Below are positions 23,111 to 33,272 of a DNA stretch of 64,000 nt, piece by piece (within the stretch, counting starts at the first letter, position 1; each line of letters begins with the position of its first letter). A program made the position numbers and the translations under genes. This DNA comes from a virus. Lineage: Duplodnaviria > Caudoviricetes. The stretch lies in the IMG/VR virus record IMGVR_UViG_3300028591_000121, positions 32,001-96,000 of that record; one strand, written 5' to 3'. A model generated the notes under the pieces. It had not been told where the DNA came from. It saw only the letters and a list, made by a program, of their open reading frames with translations, and made no database searches.

Positions 23111-23300
23111 GGAGACGAGTTATGTACCCTACTTACGTATGTACGATGACCAAGAAGCAGTACGACTATTACTTTACTGATGCGGGTGGTCGTATCCGTT
23201 CGAAAAAGGAACTGATCGAATACATTTCGCAGACTTCCGAGATGTTCGGCGAGTGTGTCGATATTAAGGTCGAGGATTAACGATAGAAAGGGTGTCCACT

Positions 23301-25151
23301 ATGGAATCTGTTGAAGAAACTGTAATGGATTATGCCAGAACCGCATTAGGGGAATACAAAACACGCCACACTGCGAATGGGACAGAGTTTGTTGCTAAAT
23401 ACTGTCCCATTTGTAACGGCGGAACCGGTAGCCACAGAGATATGTGGACATTCGCACTCTCTACTAACGGGGCTGCGAACTGTAAGCGTGGAACATGTGG
23501 TTTCCGAGGAACAATCAACGATTTACTCAAAATGGAAGGCAAAGAACCGATCAGGTTCAGGTTTTCAAAGATGGATATGACGAGTTCGAAGAAAAATTAC
23601 ACCCTTCCAAAGACAGAGACGGTGGAACTGACACAAAAGTGCCGTGATTACCTTCATACAAGAGGTTTTTCGGACAACACGATCAATGCGTTCCATTTGA
23701 ACAGCGATACCCAGGGAAATATCGTCTTCAACTTCATTCGGCATGGTCAGGTTGTGTATCAGAAGTTCCGTGCGCCTGAAAAATTCATTAAAGGCAACGG
23801 AAAACCCAAGGAATGGCAAGTTTCCAACACTGAACCGATCCTTTTGAACCTCGACGATATCTCTTTGAAGACTCCGCTCGTGATTACTGAGGGCGAATGC
23901 GATGCGATGGCTGTTTTTGAAGCCGGATACACCAATGTGACATCAGTTCCGTGTGGATGTGACAATCTGACGTGGATCGACAACTGTTGGGAGTTCCTGA
24001 TGATGGTTGACACCATTATTTTGTTCGGGGATGCCGATGAACCCGGTCAGAAGATGGTTGAGGACTTGAAAAACAGGCTTTCGATCTGCAATTTGCAGTT
24101 CATTCCGATTGAAGCCTACCCTACCCGCCCTGATGGAACAGTTTGCAAGGATGCAAACGAGATTCTGGTGCGGTATGGCAAGGAAAAGGTGTTGGAGATG
24201 ATCGGAAGCGCAGAATCCTGCGAAATTAAGGGTCTGATCGATTTCGCAGATATCCGGCGTAGCGATCCCAACAACAAAGTCCGCATCCCAATCGGTATTC
24301 CGGGCTTAGACAAGGCAACAGGCGGTCTTCAAGAGGGTGGAATTACTATTGTGACGGGCGATCCTGGCTCTGGTAAGTCAACTTCGATGGGGATCACGAT
24401 TATTAATGCAATTGAACACGGTTTCCCAGTCTGTGTGTACTCCGGCGAACTTTCCGCAGAGGATTTTCAGGAGTGGATCACGCTTCAGGCTGCCGGAGAT
24501 GAGTATGTCGGACTCCGATACGATGATTTCGAGAAGAGTTATGAGCCTTGGCTTGAGGATGACGTGTATAAGCGGATTTGCGAACACTTCAGGGGCAAGC
24601 TGAAGGTCTACGACAATGAATTGGATACGCCGGAAGGTATTCTGAAGGCGGTTACAGACCTTTTTGAGGGAGCATTTCGAAGATACGGCTCAAAGTTGTT
24701 CTTTGTAGACAACTTGATGAGCCTTGGGTGGGGTTCTTCTGGTGATGACAATGCAGTACAAGGTGAAATCATTCAAACGATGAAGCACTTCGCATTGAAG
24801 CACCACGTCCACGTTGTAATCGTTGCCCATCTTCGCAAAACAAGCCCTCTTGGACGGTCAAAAGTAACGCTGAACGATATTGCTGGCAACTCCATGTCCG
24901 TAAAGGCAGCCGACAACGTGTTTCTCGTCGAAAATCAGGCATTTAAGGTGCTGAAAAACCGCAAAAAAGGACGTTTCCCGATCACGGAGTTTTGTTTCTG
25001 CCCCGCATCAAGAAGAATTTATCAGGCGGATGTCGGAGACACGCTGGTTTGCAATTGGGATCGCAATGGAGCACCTCATCCGGCAAAAAGAGCAGACTCT
25101 TTGGACGATTACAAGATCAAGCCACCGCCAGTAACCAACGAACCGATCTAA
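23301..25151 (+). CDS. Bifunctional primase-helicase (T7 gp4/Twinkle-like)
   Basis: CPIC...CKRGTC Zn finger, ITEGECD and FGDADEPG TOPRIM, KDANE, GDPGSGKS, FVDNLM, VAHLRK. Confidence 0.92.
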   Translation: MESVEETVMDYARTALGEYKTRHTANGTEFVAKYCPICNGGTGSHRDMWTFALSTNGAANCKRGTCGFRGTINDLLKMEGKEPIRFRFSKMDMTSSKKNYTLPKTETVELTQKCRDYLHTRGFSDNTINAFHLNSDTQGNIVFNFIRHGQVVYQKFRAPEKFIKGNGKPKEWQVSNTEPILLNLDDISLKTPLVITEGECDAMAVFEAGYTNVTSVPCGCDNLTWIDNCWEFLMMVDTIILFGDADEPGQKMVEDLKNRLSICNLQFIPIEAYPTRPDGTVCKDANEILVRYGKEKVLEMIGSAESCEIKGLIDFADIRRSDPNNKVRIPIGIPGLDKATGGLQEGGITIVTGDPGSGKSTSMGITIINAIEHGFPVCVYSGELSAEDFQEWITLQAAGDEYVGLRYDDFEKSYEPWLEDDVYKRICEHFRGKLKVYDNELDTPEGILKAVTDLFEGAFRRYGSKLFFVDNLMSLGWGSSGDDNAVQGEIIQTMKHFALKHHVHVVIVAHLRKTSPLGRSKVTLNDIAGNSMSVKAADNVFLVENQAFKVLKNRKKGRFPITEFCFCPASRRIYQADVGDTLVCNWDRNGAPHPAKRADSLDDYKIKPPPVTNEPI

Positions 25152-25325
25152 GGAAGGGAAAAAGTATGAAAAAGAACGAGGTACGTGCAGGACAGAGGGT
25201 CAAGTTCGATACCCCGCACGGTATCGAAGAGGGTTATGTGATTTATGACACCTGTTTTGATGTTTATTTTCAGGTGAAAACAGATAAAGGACGCAATCTT
25301 TTGCTGTTGCCAGAGGAGTTGACGC

Positions 25326-26156
25326 TTGTTGAAGAAGACGGAGAGTAATCCCCACTATTCTTTCTCTGCTTTGACCTCTTTTCTCCAGTGCCCGATGAGT
25401 TTTTATCTCCATAATATCGAAGGAGTTCCAAGTGATGGTAATGCATTCTCTGATTACGGAAGTTATTGCCACAAACTCTTGGAAGACTGGGAGAAAGGAA
25501 CGATTCCGCTGTTTGCTTTGGCGGATGAGTATGAGGGAGGCTATCAGAGCAACGTTACCCATGCATTTCCTGCCTTCCCGAAAGGTATGCCTGAGAAATT
25601 CTTCCTCGCTGGACTGGAATACTTTGAAAACTTCAGCGGATTCGATGAGGATTATGAAATTCTTGAGGTTGAGAAGAAGTTTTCGATCCAGATCAGAGGA
25701 CATGAGATCCACGGAATCGCAGACGTTATCTGTCGGAACAAAAAGACAGGGAAGATTGAGGTGATCGACCACAAATCCAAGTCGAAAGCCTCGATGAAGA
25801 AAGAATATCAGATTTATAAGAAGCAACTTTATCTTTATGCGATCTACATCAAGCAGGAATACGGTGAGTGGCCGGCAAGACTCCGCTTCAATATGTTCAG
25901 AGAGGGCTACTGGATTACAGAAGACTTTGATGAAGCGTATGTGAAGGAGACTGAGGACTGGATTGAGGACACGATCAAGAAGATTGAAGCCACGAAGGAC
26001 TGGGCGATCTGCCCTAATTGGTTCTTCTGCTTGCAACTGTGCGATGTGATCGGTAGCTGCCCCGCAAGAGATGCGATTGTAACCGGGGCTGCATTCGAAA
26101 AGAAAGAGAAGAAAGGTAAAAAGGAAAAGGAGAAAGAGGAAAATGGCGATGCGTGA
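25326..26156 (+). CDS. PD-(D/E)XK nuclease (RecB/Cas4-like)
   Basis: YSFSALTSFLQCP, GIADV, IDHKS, QLYLYA, C-terminal Cys cluster. Confidence 0.88.
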   Translation: MLKKTESNPHYSFSALTSFLQCPMSFYLHNIEGVPSDGNAFSDYGSYCHKLLEDWEKGTIPLFALADEYEGGYQSNVTHAFPAFPKGMPEKFFLAGLEYFENFSGFDEDYEILEVEKKFSIQIRGHEIHGIADVICRNKKTGKIEVIDHKSKSKASMKKEYQIYKKQLYLYAIYIKQEYGEWPARLRFNMFREGYWITEDFDEAYVKETEDWIEDTIKKIEATKDWAICPNWFFCLQLCDVIGSCPARDAIVTGAAFEKKEKKGKKEKEKEENGDA

Positions 26157-26570
26157 ATTGACCTACTGGATTCCGCTCTACACATTCATCCTGACTTCGT
26201 TCTTCGCTCTCGTATTCGGTTATTACCATAACGAGAAGATGATTGAGACCGAGCAGTATGAACTGATGGTACAGCCTTGGAAGCCAATCCTGATTAACTG
26301 GGCGATCATTACGATCTTTATTCTGGGGGTGAGTCTTGGAGCATGACCGAGAAGCAGATAAGAACACATTCCGCTAGTGAGTGTCAGAGGATTTACTGTC
26401 AGGAGTACGGATTCCCCTGGGTCGCTCCGATTAAGTGTTGCCCTAGGTGTGGATTTGATATCTATGACCCTGAGAAAGGGTACACGAAAGAACAGGCAGC
26501 GACTCAGATGATTACCAGCTGTCCCCACTGTCATTACAGCTTTGTCGATTAAAGAAAAGGAGATTCAGTT

Positions 26571-27371
26571 ATGGGTAATGAGTTGAAGGTTTTCCAGAAC
26601 GAACAGTTTGGTCAGGTACGTGTGATGATGGTCGACAAGGATCCGTGGTTTGTTGCTGCGGATGTGTGCAAGGCACTTGAACTCAAGAACTACAACACGT
26701 CTCTCCAGCTTCTTGATGATGACGAAAAAATGACTATCCATAATGTGGATAGTCATTCAGGTCAGCGTGGTGGAGCGCAGTTCACAACACTTATTAACGA
26801 AGCAGGACTTTATTCTCTGATCCTTCGTTCCCGCAAGCCTGAAGCCAAAGCTTTCAAGCGTTGGGTAACTCACGAGGTGCTTCCGTCGATTCGTAAGCAC
26901 GGTATGTATGCGACTGACGAAACTCTTGATAAGATGATCGGAGATCCTGATTTTGCAATCAAGCTCTTTACGACTCTCAAGGAAGAGCGTGAGAAGAATA
27001 AGAAGCTTCAGGCTACCGTCGAAACTCAGGCTAAGAAGATCGAAGCTGACAAGCCCAAGGTTCGTTACTATGACATCATTCTCCAGTGTGAGGAACTCCT
27101 TACTCCTACTCAGATCGCCAAGGACTATGGCATGAGTGCGATCAAGTTTAACAGGTTGCTTAGTGAACAGCACATTCAGTTCCGTCAGGGTAAGAAGTGG
27201 ATTCTGTATCAGAAGTACGCAGACCTTGGATGGGGACAGAATCAGACCAGTGAATATTACACGGATTGGGGGTTCAATTGCGACACCGCTCTTCGCTACA
27301 CTCAGGTAGGACGCAGAGGAATCTATGACAAGCTCAAGGCTAATGGAATTCTCCCGATCTGTGAACGTTAA
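26571..27371 (+). CDS. BRO-N / KilA-C phage antirepressor
   Basis: PWFVAADVCKAL, INEAGLYSLI, FKRWVTHEVLPSIRKHG, TQIAKDYGMSA. Confidence 0.92.
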   Translation: MGNELKVFQNEQFGQVRVMMVDKDPWFVAADVCKALELKNYNTSLQLLDDDEKMTIHNVDSHSGQRGGAQFTTLINEAGLYSLILRSRKPEAKAFKRWVTHEVLPSIRKHGMYATDETLDKMIGDPDFAIKLFTTLKEEREKNKKLQATVETQAKKIEADKPKVRYYDIILQCEELLTPTQIAKDYGMSAIKFNRLLSEQHIQFRQGKKWILYQKYADLGWGQNQTSEYYTDWGFNCDTALRYTQVGRRGIYDKLKANGILPICER

Positions 27372-27394
27372 TTAATTTAGAACGGAGTATTGAA

Positions 27395-30300
27395 ATGCCA
27401 ACGATTGAATTCGAAAACTACCATTCTCACAGTTGTATCAGCAACGGTTCGTCCTTGGCAGATTCCCCGGTTCTCTATGATCAGTACGCAAAGGTATACA
27501 AGGAACGTGGAATGCACTGTCTCTTTGCTGTTGAACATGGAAACCGGGGAGACGTATTCCGCTGCTATTCTCTGACAGAACAGTATGCGGAACAGTCTGA
27601 ACCTTATAAACTCACAACTCTTGCAGGAGCGGAAGCTTACTTTGTAAACGACCGCAAAGCAAAAGATAGAACAAATGCCCATCTGATTCTGATTGCCAAA
27701 GATCAGGAAGGTTACTATGAACTGAATGAGATTCTCAGTGAGTCATATGAGACGGGTAAGTATCACAAGAATCGAATCGACTGGGAGTTACTTGAGCGGC
27801 TCGATCCAACCCATTTCGTGTGTACTACCGCATGTGTCGCTGGCCCAGTAGGTAAGATGGATGAGAGTGCGGTTTGCAGACTCGCCAGTATCTTCGGTAA
27901 GAACTTCTACCTTGAAGTCCAGGCACATCTTCAGGCTGATCAGATTGAGCATAACAAGAAAGTACTCTATCTCTACCATAAGTACGGTTATCCTCTGATC
28001 TTTGCTACTGACTCCCATTACATCGACAGCAAGGACAAGATTCTCCGTGATCAGATTCTCCTCTCTTCGCACATTACTTACGAGGACGAAGGAAGTTTCG
28101 ATTTGTTCCTTCCTACCGCTGAAGAAGCTTACGAACTGATGAAGACTCAGGGAGTACTTTCTGAAGCTCAGATTCGTGAAGCTTTCGACAACACGCTCCA
28201 GTTCCGGGATTACCCAGGCGTAACATTTACGCATGAGAAGAAGATTCCGAATATCTATCCCAAGCTTTCACAGGAGCAGAGGGACAAGATGTACTGGACG
28301 ATGTGTCATGAGAAGTACGAGGAGTTGTATGGAGATACACCAGACGAACAGAAGCTTGCCGAGTACGAAGATCTTGAGAACAACGAACTCCATCCCGTCA
28401 TCGAAACCCGCACAACAGATTACTTCTTGGATGTTAAAGCCACTATTGAAAAGGGCATTAAATACGGGGGAATCCTTACCCACACAGGAAGAGGTTCTGG
28501 CGTGTCGTTTGCTTCCAATCATCTTCTTGGTTTCACGTCAATCAACAGACTCCGCTGTCCAGTAACTCTTTATCCTGAGCGTTTCATTTCTGCGGAACGT
28601 CTTAAAGCCGGCAGTATTCCCGATCTGGATTTGAATATCGTAGCTCAAGAACCTTTCCAGAGAGCGGGACGTGAGATATTCGGAGAGTTTAGTTTCCTTC
28701 CGATGATTAAGTACGATACGAACAAAGCCGGGGCTGCGTTCAAAATGCTAGCTAGGGCTAATGACATTCCTTTTGAGACAGCGAATCTGGTATCCAAGCA
28801 GTTGAAGAGATACGATACTGAACTTGCTTATGCGGATGAAGATGAAAAGGACATGATTCAGCTTGAGGATTATGTCGAACCACGATTCCTTGATCTGGTT
28901 AAAGAATCAGAAGCTTACCGTGGAATCATAATGAGGTTTGGCGTACATCCTTGCGCTCATCTGATGGTTCAGGGAGATATCCGCAGACTCTTCGGTACAA
29001 TTATTATCGACTCAGAACACAGCAAGAAAGACCCAGTAAGATGTGCTTATATTACTGGTGATATGGCTGACAAATTTGGTTATGTTAAGCAAGACCTTCT
29101 GATAGTGGAGTGCGTGAAACTTGCAGAGATGGCTTATGAAGCCGCTGGGATTGAGATGCCTACGGTGGATAAGTTGATTGAGATTACTAAGAACGATAAA
29201 CCTACTTGGGATATCTACGCTAAAGGCTTGACCCTGGGTGTGAATCAGGTCGAGAAGCAGAAGACTTCCGACAGAGTGAAACAGTTCAAGCCCAAAAGTG
29301 TGTCTGAGATTTCCGCATTCATTGCTGCCATCAGACCGGGCTTCAAGACGATGCTCAATTCCTTCGTAGCACGAGAACCTTTTACTTACAACATTCCAAT
29401 CCTCGACAATATTCTCCAGACAAAAGATATGCCTTCCTCTTGGTTACTTTATCAGGAACACATTATGACAATAGCTAAGGTTGCGGGACTGACTCCGGCT
29501 GAAGCTTATGTTCTGATTAAGGCGATTTCGAAGAAGAAGAAGAAAGTTATCGAAGAGAAGAAGGAGAAGTTTATCAACGGTCTGACCGAGGTTCTTTGTT
29601 CTCAAACTCACGACTCAGTAGAGAAAAACAAAGACATTTCAATGCAAGTATGGCAGATCGTGGAAGATTCTGCGTCCTATATGTTCAACGCTTCTCACTC
29701 ATTTTCTGTAGCGTGTGACTCGTTATACGCCGCATATGTTAAGGCTCACTACCCTATCGAGTTTTACAAGACTCTGATTACTCTCTATGCGGATAAAGGT
29801 AAGAAGGACAAGATCGCTGAAGCTAGGACTGAAGCTTTGAAAGGATTTGGGATCAGGTTTGTACCGCCCAGATTCAGGCAGGACAACAGAACCTTCTCGA
29901 TCAATAAAGAAGAGAACACAATCTCCGACGTTCTTGTTTCCGCAAAGAGTATGGGTAAGCAGGCGGCTGCCGATCTCCTCAAATACAAGGACTACGATGG
30001 AAAGTACTTTGTTGATCTGGCTTACGATATCTCAAGAAACACATCGATCTCCAAGACTATGATGGAGATACTGATCAAGATGGATTACTTCCAGGAGTTT
30101 GGTTCTGCGGGTAAACTGATGGGTCTTTGGCAGGAACTCAGGGAAGGCAAGAACAAACTCAATGATAAGTTGATCGAAAAAACATTTAATGCGCGGCTTG
30201 AAATCCTGCATGAGATGGAAGACAAGATGCCCGAATCAGAGTTGCCAATGGGTTTCCGCATCAGGTTTGAGATTGAAACGTTTGGTACTCCGATCTCTAC

Positions 30301-30595
30301 ATTTCCTGATGCGAGAGGTATGTATGCGGTGACTTCAATCGATGACAAATATGGGATTAAGCTTGGACTTTACAATCTGCGGACAGGCACTGCTGGTATC
30401 GTAAAGGTGAAGAAGCCAATCTTTACCGCCCATCCTCTTTATGTTGGCGATGTGCTGCATCTTGATCTCTGGTTGCCACAGCCGGCCTATACATACAAGG
30501 ATGGTAAACGCCAGAAAATTGAAGGTTCGAAGGAATTATGGATTGAACAGTATACGGTTCTTACTGATCCCGTGTCTGGGGTCAAGGAAGAATAA
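27395..30595 (+). CDS. dnaE: DNA polymerase III alpha subunit (family C)
   Basis: PHP domain (NYHSHS, EHG, TDSHY), GRGSG, PDLDLN, HPCAH, LYQE, YMFNASH; 1066 aa with no TAG. Confidence 0.95.
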   Translation: MPTIEFENYHSHSCISNGSSLADSPVLYDQYAKVYKERGMHCLFAVEHGNRGDVFRCYSLTEQYAEQSEPYKLTTLAGAEAYFVNDRKAKDRTNAHLILIAKDQEGYYELNEILSESYETGKYHKNRIDWELLERLDPTHFVCTTACVAGPVGKMDESAVCRLASIFGKNFYLEVQAHLQADQIEHNKKVLYLYHKYGYPLIFATDSHYIDSKDKILRDQILLSSHITYEDEGSFDLFLPTAEEAYELMKTQGVLSEAQIREAFDNTLQFRDYPGVTFTHEKKIPNIYPKLSQEQRDKMYWTMCHEKYEELYGDTPDEQKLAEYEDLENNELHPVIETRTTDYFLDVKATIEKGIKYGGILTHTGRGSGVSFASNHLLGFTSINRLRCPVTLYPERFISAERLKAGSIPDLDLNIVAQEPFQRAGREIFGEFSFLPMIKYDTNKAGAAFKMLARANDIPFETANLVSKQLKRYDTELAYADEDEKDMIQLEDYVEPRFLDLVKESEAYRGIIMRFGVHPCAHLMVQGDIRRLFGTIIIDSEHSKKDPVRCAYITGDMADKFGYVKQDLLIVECVKLAEMAYEAAGIEMPTVDKLIEITKNDKPTWDIYAKGLTLGVNQVEKQKTSDRVKQFKPKSVSEISAFIAAIRPGFKTMLNSFVAREPFTYNIPILDNILQTKDMPSSWLLYQEHIMTIAKVAGLTPAEAYVLIKAISKKKKKVIEEKKEKFINGLTEVLCSQTHDSVEKNKDISMQVWQIVEDSASYMFNASHSFSVACDSLYAAYVKAHYPIEFYKTLITLYADKGKKDKIAEARTEALKGFGIRFVPPRFRQDNRTFSINKEENTISDVLVSAKSMGKQAAADLLKYKDYDGKYFVDLAYDISRNTSISKTMMEILIKMDYFQEFGSAGKLMGLWQELREGKNKLNDKLIEKTFNARLEILHEMEDKMPESELPMGFRIRFEIETFGTPISTFPDARGMYAVTSIDDKYGIKLGLYNLRTGTAGIVKVKKPIFTAHPLYVGDVLHLDLWLPQPAYTYKDGKRQKIEGSKELWIEQYTVLTDPVSGVKEE

Positions 30596-30610
30596 GAAAG
30601 GAATAATAAA

Positions 30611-31024
30611 ATGAATAAGATTTCTTTTCCATACTTTGTAGATGTAGGGTATGGGAATACATTCAACACGGATTGTATTTAGGGTGTAATCAGAGTAGGC
30701 ACAAGAGGTGCAGATCGTACCCTTGACTGGGCTAAGAAGAACAGAAAAGTCTGGGATTGCCGTATGAATAAGACTCTGAACTCTATCTTCCTGCTGACAA
30801 ATGGAGATGTGGTTATGTCCCACTTGTCACTGGAGACTGCGAGAAAGCGTCTCAACTCCGGCATTCGACTTGCTGCCGACCCACCCGTCGAAGATAACGA
30901 GTGTCGATACACGGAAGTTATTATCCCAGAGACTCCGATTGTATTCCCTAAGCCAGCCCCTAAAGTTATTGACACTGAAGATATTTTTGATGAGGACGAT
31001 TTCGAGGAGAGTGAAAATGAATGA
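30611..31024 (+). CDS. RemA/DUF370-like regulator; one in-frame TAG (30680)
   Basis: FVDVGYGN...CI*GVI...AKKNRKVWD...SIFLLTNGDVVMS.LSLETARKRL aligns by eye with recalled RemA ([38 protein letters not shown]). Confidence 0.7.
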
Positions 31025-31698
31025 TTGAACTGCAGCCTTGTGCGAGGATTTAGTTTCCGACAACACCAGAACAAGGAGTGGAGATGTAGAAACTGTGTGA
31101 GTATGCGGCAAGAAATTGCTACAACACTACAGCTAAGATGACTGAGACGAGCTACCAAAAGATGATCCCCGCCTAGCTTAAAAAAGGACACGAGTCTCCG
31201 ATTGAACACTCGCTTATGATTGCGGAGATTGTTACTGGGCGAGATGTTATGGCTGAACTGACCAGGCATCGACTGAACAGCTTCTCAATCCGCAGTCAGA
31301 GATATGTAGATGAATGCAAGACTGGCGATATTGCATTCTGTGTTCCGCATTTTGAAAGGTACGGAGAAGAGAAAGCCCATGTCCTGTATAGTCTCTGGAA
31401 AGAAGATTGTTTAGCTTGTGAGGAAAGCTACAAGTATCTGAAGGAAGCAGGAGCGATTAATGAGGACGCACGTAAGGTTCTGATTAACTCTACTGCTACT
31501 CAGATCATAATGAGCGGTAACCTTAGATCCTGGAGACATGTATTTCAACTGCGGACAGCGAAGGATGTGTATCCTGAGTGCAGGATCGTTATGTGTGAGT
31601 TGCTCGAAAAAGCCAAGCTGATGTATCCCACAGTGTTTGACGATATTATTCCTGATGCAGCAGAGGAGAACGACGATGGCAATAGTAAAGAATCCTAA
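31021..31698 (+). CDS. thyX: FAD-dependent thymidylate synthase; in-frame TAGs at 31051, 31087, 31174
   Basis: AARNCY, GHESPIEH, ELTRHR-x7-SQRYV, EDARKVL, NLRSWRH; ATGA overlap with upstream gene; 225 aa on read-through. Confidence 0.93.
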
Positions 31699-31888
31699 CA
31701 CGGAATTCCGCAAAGGGCTGAAGAAGCGGATCAAGTCAAATGGCGGTTATTGCCTGAATAAAGAGAAAGGCAATAAGGATAACAAGTGTCCGTGTAAAGA
31801 GTTTAAAGAGACTGGGGAATGTGAATGCGGGATGTACGTTACAATCCCCGACGAACTGCTTGGAGAGGAGTTCACAGAAGATGATTAA
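31676..31888 (+). CDS. Ferredoxin-thioredoxin reductase catalytic chain-like small protein
   Basis: GGYC...KCPCKEF...GECECGMY. Confidence 0.65.
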   Translation: MAIVKNPNTEFRKGLKKRIKSNGGYCLNKEKGNKDNKCPCKEFKETGECECGMYVTIPDELLGEEFTEDD

Positions 31889-32396
31889 GTTTGAAAAGGT
31901 TTCATTTGAACAGTTTTGTCATGATTTTGTAGTGATGACTGGTGAGAATAACGAGTTTGATGAGCAGACTATCCGTGGGATTTATGATTCGATTCAGCTT
32001 CCCAAGCGCAGTACTTCTCAGTCTGCCGGATATGATTTCTTTACTCCGTATCTGTGTCAGATTCAGACAGGGTGTGACGCTCGTATTCTCACAGGCATTC
32101 GTGCCATTATGGATCCAGGTTATGTGCTGATGATTTATCCCCGCTCAAGTCTGGGGATTAAGAGCGGTGTTACTCTTGCAAATAGCACCGGGATTATCGA
32201 TGCCGACTATGCAAATGCTAAGAACGAAGGACACATCCACATTGTACTGACTGCGAAGGAGAGTCCAGTAAAGCACTTTGTTACTCTTGCTCAGGGTGAC
32301 AGGGTTGCCCAGGGTGTGTTCCTCAAGTTCTTCACTACCGACGATGATGCGGCTGATGGTGTGAGGACTGGTGGCATGGGTTCTACTGGTAAGTAA
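31881..32396 (+). CDS. dut: Trimeric dUTPase
   Basis: SAGYDF, PRSSLG, GIIDADY, DRVAQG, RTGGMGSTG. Confidence 0.95.
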   Translation: MIKFEKVSFEQFCHDFVVMTGENNEFDEQTIRGIYDSIQLPKRSTSQSAGYDFFTPYLCQIQTGCDARILTGIRAIMDPGYVLMIYPRSSLGIKSGVTLANSTGIIDADYANAKNEGHIHIVLTAKESPVKHFVTLAQGDRVAQGVFLKFFTTDDDAADGVRTGGMGSTGK

Positions 32397-32525
32397 GATG
32401 TATATCTGGCATAACACAAGAGGTAAAGCGGATCAGTACTTTATTTGCAAAGGACAGAGAGTACTGATCCAGATCCCTAAATGGCTTGGAATGTTATTAA
32501 TTAAATTATAAGAGGTGTTGTATTT

Positions 32526-33068
32526 ATGGCTGAAAACATGGATTTTGATCCTATGAGTATCTTTGGAACTATGTTCCTTGATGCGATTGTCAACTTGAAC
32601 GAAGATGAAATGGACAAGATGTCTGAGGTGTTCTCTTCCGCCGCTAATCGACTGGCACAGGAACAGAAGGAAGCCGAAGAAAAAGATAGTAATAAGGAAG
32701 AAGAACTTCCTTGGAACAAAAAGAAGTCGACCGATGAGAAGGAAGAAGAACTTCCTTTCTGTGATGGCGATTGTGCGTCCTGCGAAGATCTTCCTTCCTG
32801 CGATGGAGACGATGAGTCTTGCGATGAAGAGGACGAGGAAGAAGCTGAGTATCCTATGAAGGACTTTGACGTGGATAAGATTTATATGAGCAAGAACAAG
32901 ATGACTGTTGTTTGGATGGACGGCACGAAGACCCACGTTGTTAATACCTTCGAAGAGAAGATGACTCCTTGGACAGGGTTCTGTGCTGCTGTTGCTGAAC
33001 GTCTGTACGAGTCGAAGGAAACGGCTCTGATGCAGCTTGAGTATGGTCTGGATCGGGGTGCAGTGTAA
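32526..33068 (+). CDS. Acidic hypothetical protein with CDGDCASC repeat
   Basis: ORF with SD; TVVWMDGTKT motif. Confidence 0.65.
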   Translation: MAENMDFDPMSIFGTMFLDAIVNLNEDEMDKMSEVFSSAANRLAQEQKEAEEKDSNKEEELPWNKKKSTDEKEEELPFCDGDCASCEDLPSCDGDDESCDEEDEEEAEYPMKDFDVDKIYMSKNKMTVVWMDGTKTHVVNTFEEKMTPWTGFCAAVAERLYESKETALMQLEYGLDRGAV

Positions 33069-33271
33069 TGATCAAGGTTTATTCTACTGGGTGTCCGCAG
33101 TGTCTTCTTCTCGAAAAGATGTTGAAAGATAAACATGTAGAGTACGAGATCATTAGTGACGAGGAGAGCTTGATGAAGCTCTCCTCTCCTAGCGTCCCTC
33201 AGATGGATTTATGTGACGGAACTCCGATTATGTTGTTCCCCCAAGCTCTACAGTATGTAAGGGGGCTTTGA
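33068..33271 (+). CDS. Glutaredoxin/NrdH-like redoxin
   Basis: VYSTGCPQC, SVPQ; next to nrdD. Confidence 0.85.
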   Translation: MIKVYSTGCPQCLLLEKMLKDKHVEYEIISDEESLMKLSSPSVPQMDLCDGTPIMLFPQALQYVRGL

Positions 33272-33272
33272 T

